This document shows positions 62,501 to 64,000 of a DNA stretch of 64,000 bases, piece after piece (position 1 is the first letter of the stretch; each line of letters opens with the position of its first letter). A program made the position numbers and the translations under genes. The stretch covers positions 62,001 to 126,000 of the forward strand of contig JAHLWZ010000808.1 in NCBI GenBank assembly GCA_020536535.1, read 5' to 3'. This DNA is from Pelomyxa schiedti (taxonomy: Eukaryota; Protista; Evosea). The notes under the pieces are model-generated. The model did no database searches and was not told where the DNA came from. It saw only the letters and a list, made by a program, of their open reading frames with translations.

Positions 62501-64000
62501 GAAAACATGCTTCTTCACGGTGTTTGCCGGGTTAACACCTACAAATGAGCACAGGCAAGCGCTTCTATCGCATTTCAGGAGCACACCGGCCACAACTTCG
62601 AGCTTTTCCGTGTCCCAGGCCTTAATTGCCTGCTGCTCGATGTCGGAAAATTGTTTTCCAAGGATTTCTATGGGGTCAAATAGAACTTGGATTTGTGGTG
62701 AAATTGAGTGCAATTTCCTGGCATCCAGTTGCTTTCGGGAGAGCTCTTCCACGACATCATATCGCTCAGATTTAAGCGCCTCTCCAAATTCACGTTGAAT
62801 TGAACACAAAGCCTGATTGGCGAGATCTACTCCCTCTTCAAAGGAAAAGAACTTTGCTTGCATTTGAAGGTGTTCAACAATCTTTGACAAAATCTCCTGG
62901 AGAAGGCCCAAGGACTGCAAAAAGCGGAGATGATTTCCCACTGCTAAAAGGTCACGGTGTGTAAGGGCAGATTTGAAGCTGAGTTCAACTTTATGACTTG
63001 CCTCGGCAGATAGTTTCACCAAGGAAGTTCCTTTTTCTGCTTGCGCCTTTATAAACTCCGCAAATTCCCGTGGAATTTTGGGTGTGGTGACTTCAGGGGG
63101 TGGCTGAGGTACAGAACTCCGAGAAAATTGTTTCAAAGCATGATGGTACGCACAATACATGTTATTGAAGATATAACTGTATATTTCTGCTTGGGATGAT
63201 TTAACACTCTCTGGAGCCATTTCTTCAAGTGCCTTGCTTATGCAAAGACTTCGTTTTACTTGCTGTGCGTCAACTGACTGAAGAAATAAAACGAGGGGTT
63301 TGAGTTCAACTTCCTTCTGTAGGATAGTGAAAGCTTGAAAGACATCGGCCATTTGTGGACTGAATTCTTCATTTACTTGGATTGATTTTAGAACAGAATT
63401 TAACTTGGTTTCTAAGGTTGCCGCTATCACTTGGAGGGTCTCTTCAAAAAAATGTGTGTCACACTCTAGAAGGTGCAATTTCCTTTCGACACTGTGATAG
63501 TTCTGTTGCTGGCACTGTGAGAAAATTTCTTTTTGTAATTGTTGCTTTCTCTGAAGAATTTTTTCTCGAATGACTTTTGCCTTAGTCAACACAGAACCAG
63601 AGAGCTCTGAATGAAGGTCTGATACTAATAATTCCACTTCCTCAAAGGATGAAGGTGCCTCTTCCATAATCGCTTTGGACAGTGATGGGTCGTGTTCTCC
63701 AGTTGATTTGCTGTAATACCCTTTCAGAAGCTGATCGAAGTAATTTCTGATTTCTGCCGTAATAGAGAACGTGCAACTGTGAGACGTGTCAAAGTTGTGC
63801 TTCGAGTTCTCAAAAAGGGCATTGACTCTGCTGGAATCAATATAGGGCCGCTGCCTAAGAGCAGGACGCAACGTTTTCTCTATCAATTGTTGCAGTTTTG
63901 TGTCAAATGTGATATCAAGTTGATCAAGAAGACTCGTTGTATGTGGGTCTAGAAGACCACTCAACTTATTCTTAAACCCAAGTAAATGGTCTTGAGCGGA
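59591..64000 (-). CDS. SecA-like SF2 ATPase/helicase fused to a C-terminal vWA domain; 5'-partial, no introns seen
   Basis: Motif I IGTGEGKS (61760-61780), SEYLSSRD, DEVD (61466-61477), GVTGT, FGRGIDF and QIRGRTARQG. vWA MIDAS DESGS (60119-60136) with GGTNF and FMSDG. The frame stays open to position 64000. Confidence 0.85.
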   Translation of the reverse strand, partial: SAQDHLLGFKNKLSGLLDPHTTSLLDQLDITFDTKLQQLIEKTLRPALRQRPYIDSSRVNALFENSKHNFDTSHSCTFSITAEIRNYFDQLLKGYYSKSTGEHDPSLSKAIMEEAPSSFEEVELLVSDLHSELSGSVLTKAKVIREKILQRKQQLQKEIFSQCQQQNYHSVERKLHLLECDTHFFEETLQVIAATLETKLNSVLKSIQVNEEFSPQMADVFQAFTILQKEVELKPLVLFLQSVDAQQVKRSLCISKALEEMAPESVKSSQAEIYSYIFNNMYCAYHHALKQFSRSSVPQPPPEVTTPKIPREFAEFIKAQAEKGTSLVKLSAEASHKVELSFKSALTHRDLLAVGNHLRFLQSLGLLQEILSKIVEHLQMQAKFFSFEEGVDLANQALCSIQREFGEALKSERYDVVEELSRKQLDARKLHSISPQIQVLFDPIEILGKQFSDIEQQAIKAWDTEKLEVVAGVLLKCDRSACLCSFVGVNPANTVKKHVFSSIQSKIALTKQENDPISMAQLLCNIRGVAEKIPSIEKELKAQIEVTISEFIRKNNNDQEVETRLAGELETSGITGTQILSENAEFEWLRNKIMSAQIAHQGIDHTISQFKTQQMKGPLLGLLGSESWSAKTGIKWPELKSVFEKFESKYNSLVKQNLFMDLTHLKSEALAISTTLPRDPSRLPIVMAYIFSLWTLNNRSQTFTQIEFLRKPHSVQIVAILQLLSHDKSLCTPRSHFIQIGTGEGKSVVLGVTATLFAILGYDVDVVSYSEYLSSRDSQAFNFLFEIFRTRERISYSTVNALCEKIINAQGNVRDRVTSFLNNSTACRPIATPTRKRVLLIDEVDVFFSDNFLGGTYMPAALLTQPECYELIKFVWDHYSDPHFSARKVQQQTCYRTLVTKMPDFKPLFDCQICQMVADAQNFRSGPPYHVDRIKGKIGYKTQKISMAYDYSTYFAHKTTFAYMSELSNQTLPEEAVKAAVGFSIICGSFSYAKLPSRYAIISGVTGTLDTLCDKELELLKKYKVNTLSYAPSIYGPSRLDFRPINDIKILPDRHNHFYEISCLAADAQTKGRAVLIFFENVVALESYRTFLSSNAQNITLGYNVLVEESEYKDNLISQASKPGAVTLLPRSFGRGIDFKSYKEVDTKGGVLVIQTFLSASISEEIQIRGRTARQGHQGNYKLFLCSESLREDWSFTDTEISAMINGGDYASLRSRQQSEYNKSLAVLMQEVEEAEILHSNTDEFVKALFSFDGGEAPKRDLQNRIMQLARLGSNIANPPPRFVVMCLDESGSMCGKRWLQLLEAVAAFAKDRINQCSQLRTPCSDIISVVGYSNSASVRLGQVQLTPDLTSSLPRNANPRGGTNFAAGIVQCHEILKAGGFGTHEPVLLFMSDGECENGDHEMTELHREFPGVPVYVLGFGTTPKDSARLNRLAECAEGTFCCGADGVALKSEFEYIASSISAPVFLS

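Noticed and set aside
59591-64000. Canonical or plastid SecA translocase, or a bacterial contaminant
   Set aside because: No SecA C-terminal scaffold is evident and vWA is present instead. Base composition resembles neighbouring gene bodies, and the gene ends 167 bp from an intron-containing gene.

Overview
This is a gene-dense, intron-rich eukaryotic window, not prokaryotic. Introns are mostly short (about 40-110 nt) GT-AG, often with a CTAAC-like branch point, and intergenic gaps are about 40-350 bp. Several first exons are sharply GC-rich. I resolve about 24 protein-coding genes by hand. Housekeeping genes are PLRG1/Prp46, a p24/TMED, a DPP8/9-like peptidase, a BLTP3/UHRF1BP1-like lipid-transfer protein, PRPF6, NagA, an SDR, ZMAT5, RFC2, an STK24/25-like kinase, PEX2, UCH-UBA, CKS1, a USP48-like protease, a tandem-DH RhoGEF and an ankyrin-TKL kinase. 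The last 13 kb holds the unusual genes. (i) A fused AccD-AccA-pyruvate carboxyltransferase-biotinyl 'transcarboxylase' with no biotin carboxylase domain. (ii) A multi-exon gene, fragmented in the ORF track, encoding an unrecognised N-terminal region plus a C-terminal Vint-type Hint (autoprocessing) domain. (iii) A LEA_2-like type II membrane protein that needs a GC-AG intron. (iv) An intronless SecA-like SF2 ATPase of more than 1,460 aa fused to a vWA domain. The transcarboxylase, PEX2 and intron style tentatively suggest an anaerobic amoebozoan (archamoeba, Pelomyxa/Mastigamoeba-like); this is inference only. All gene models are manual splice reconstructions and all family calls are from motif recognition; no searches were run.
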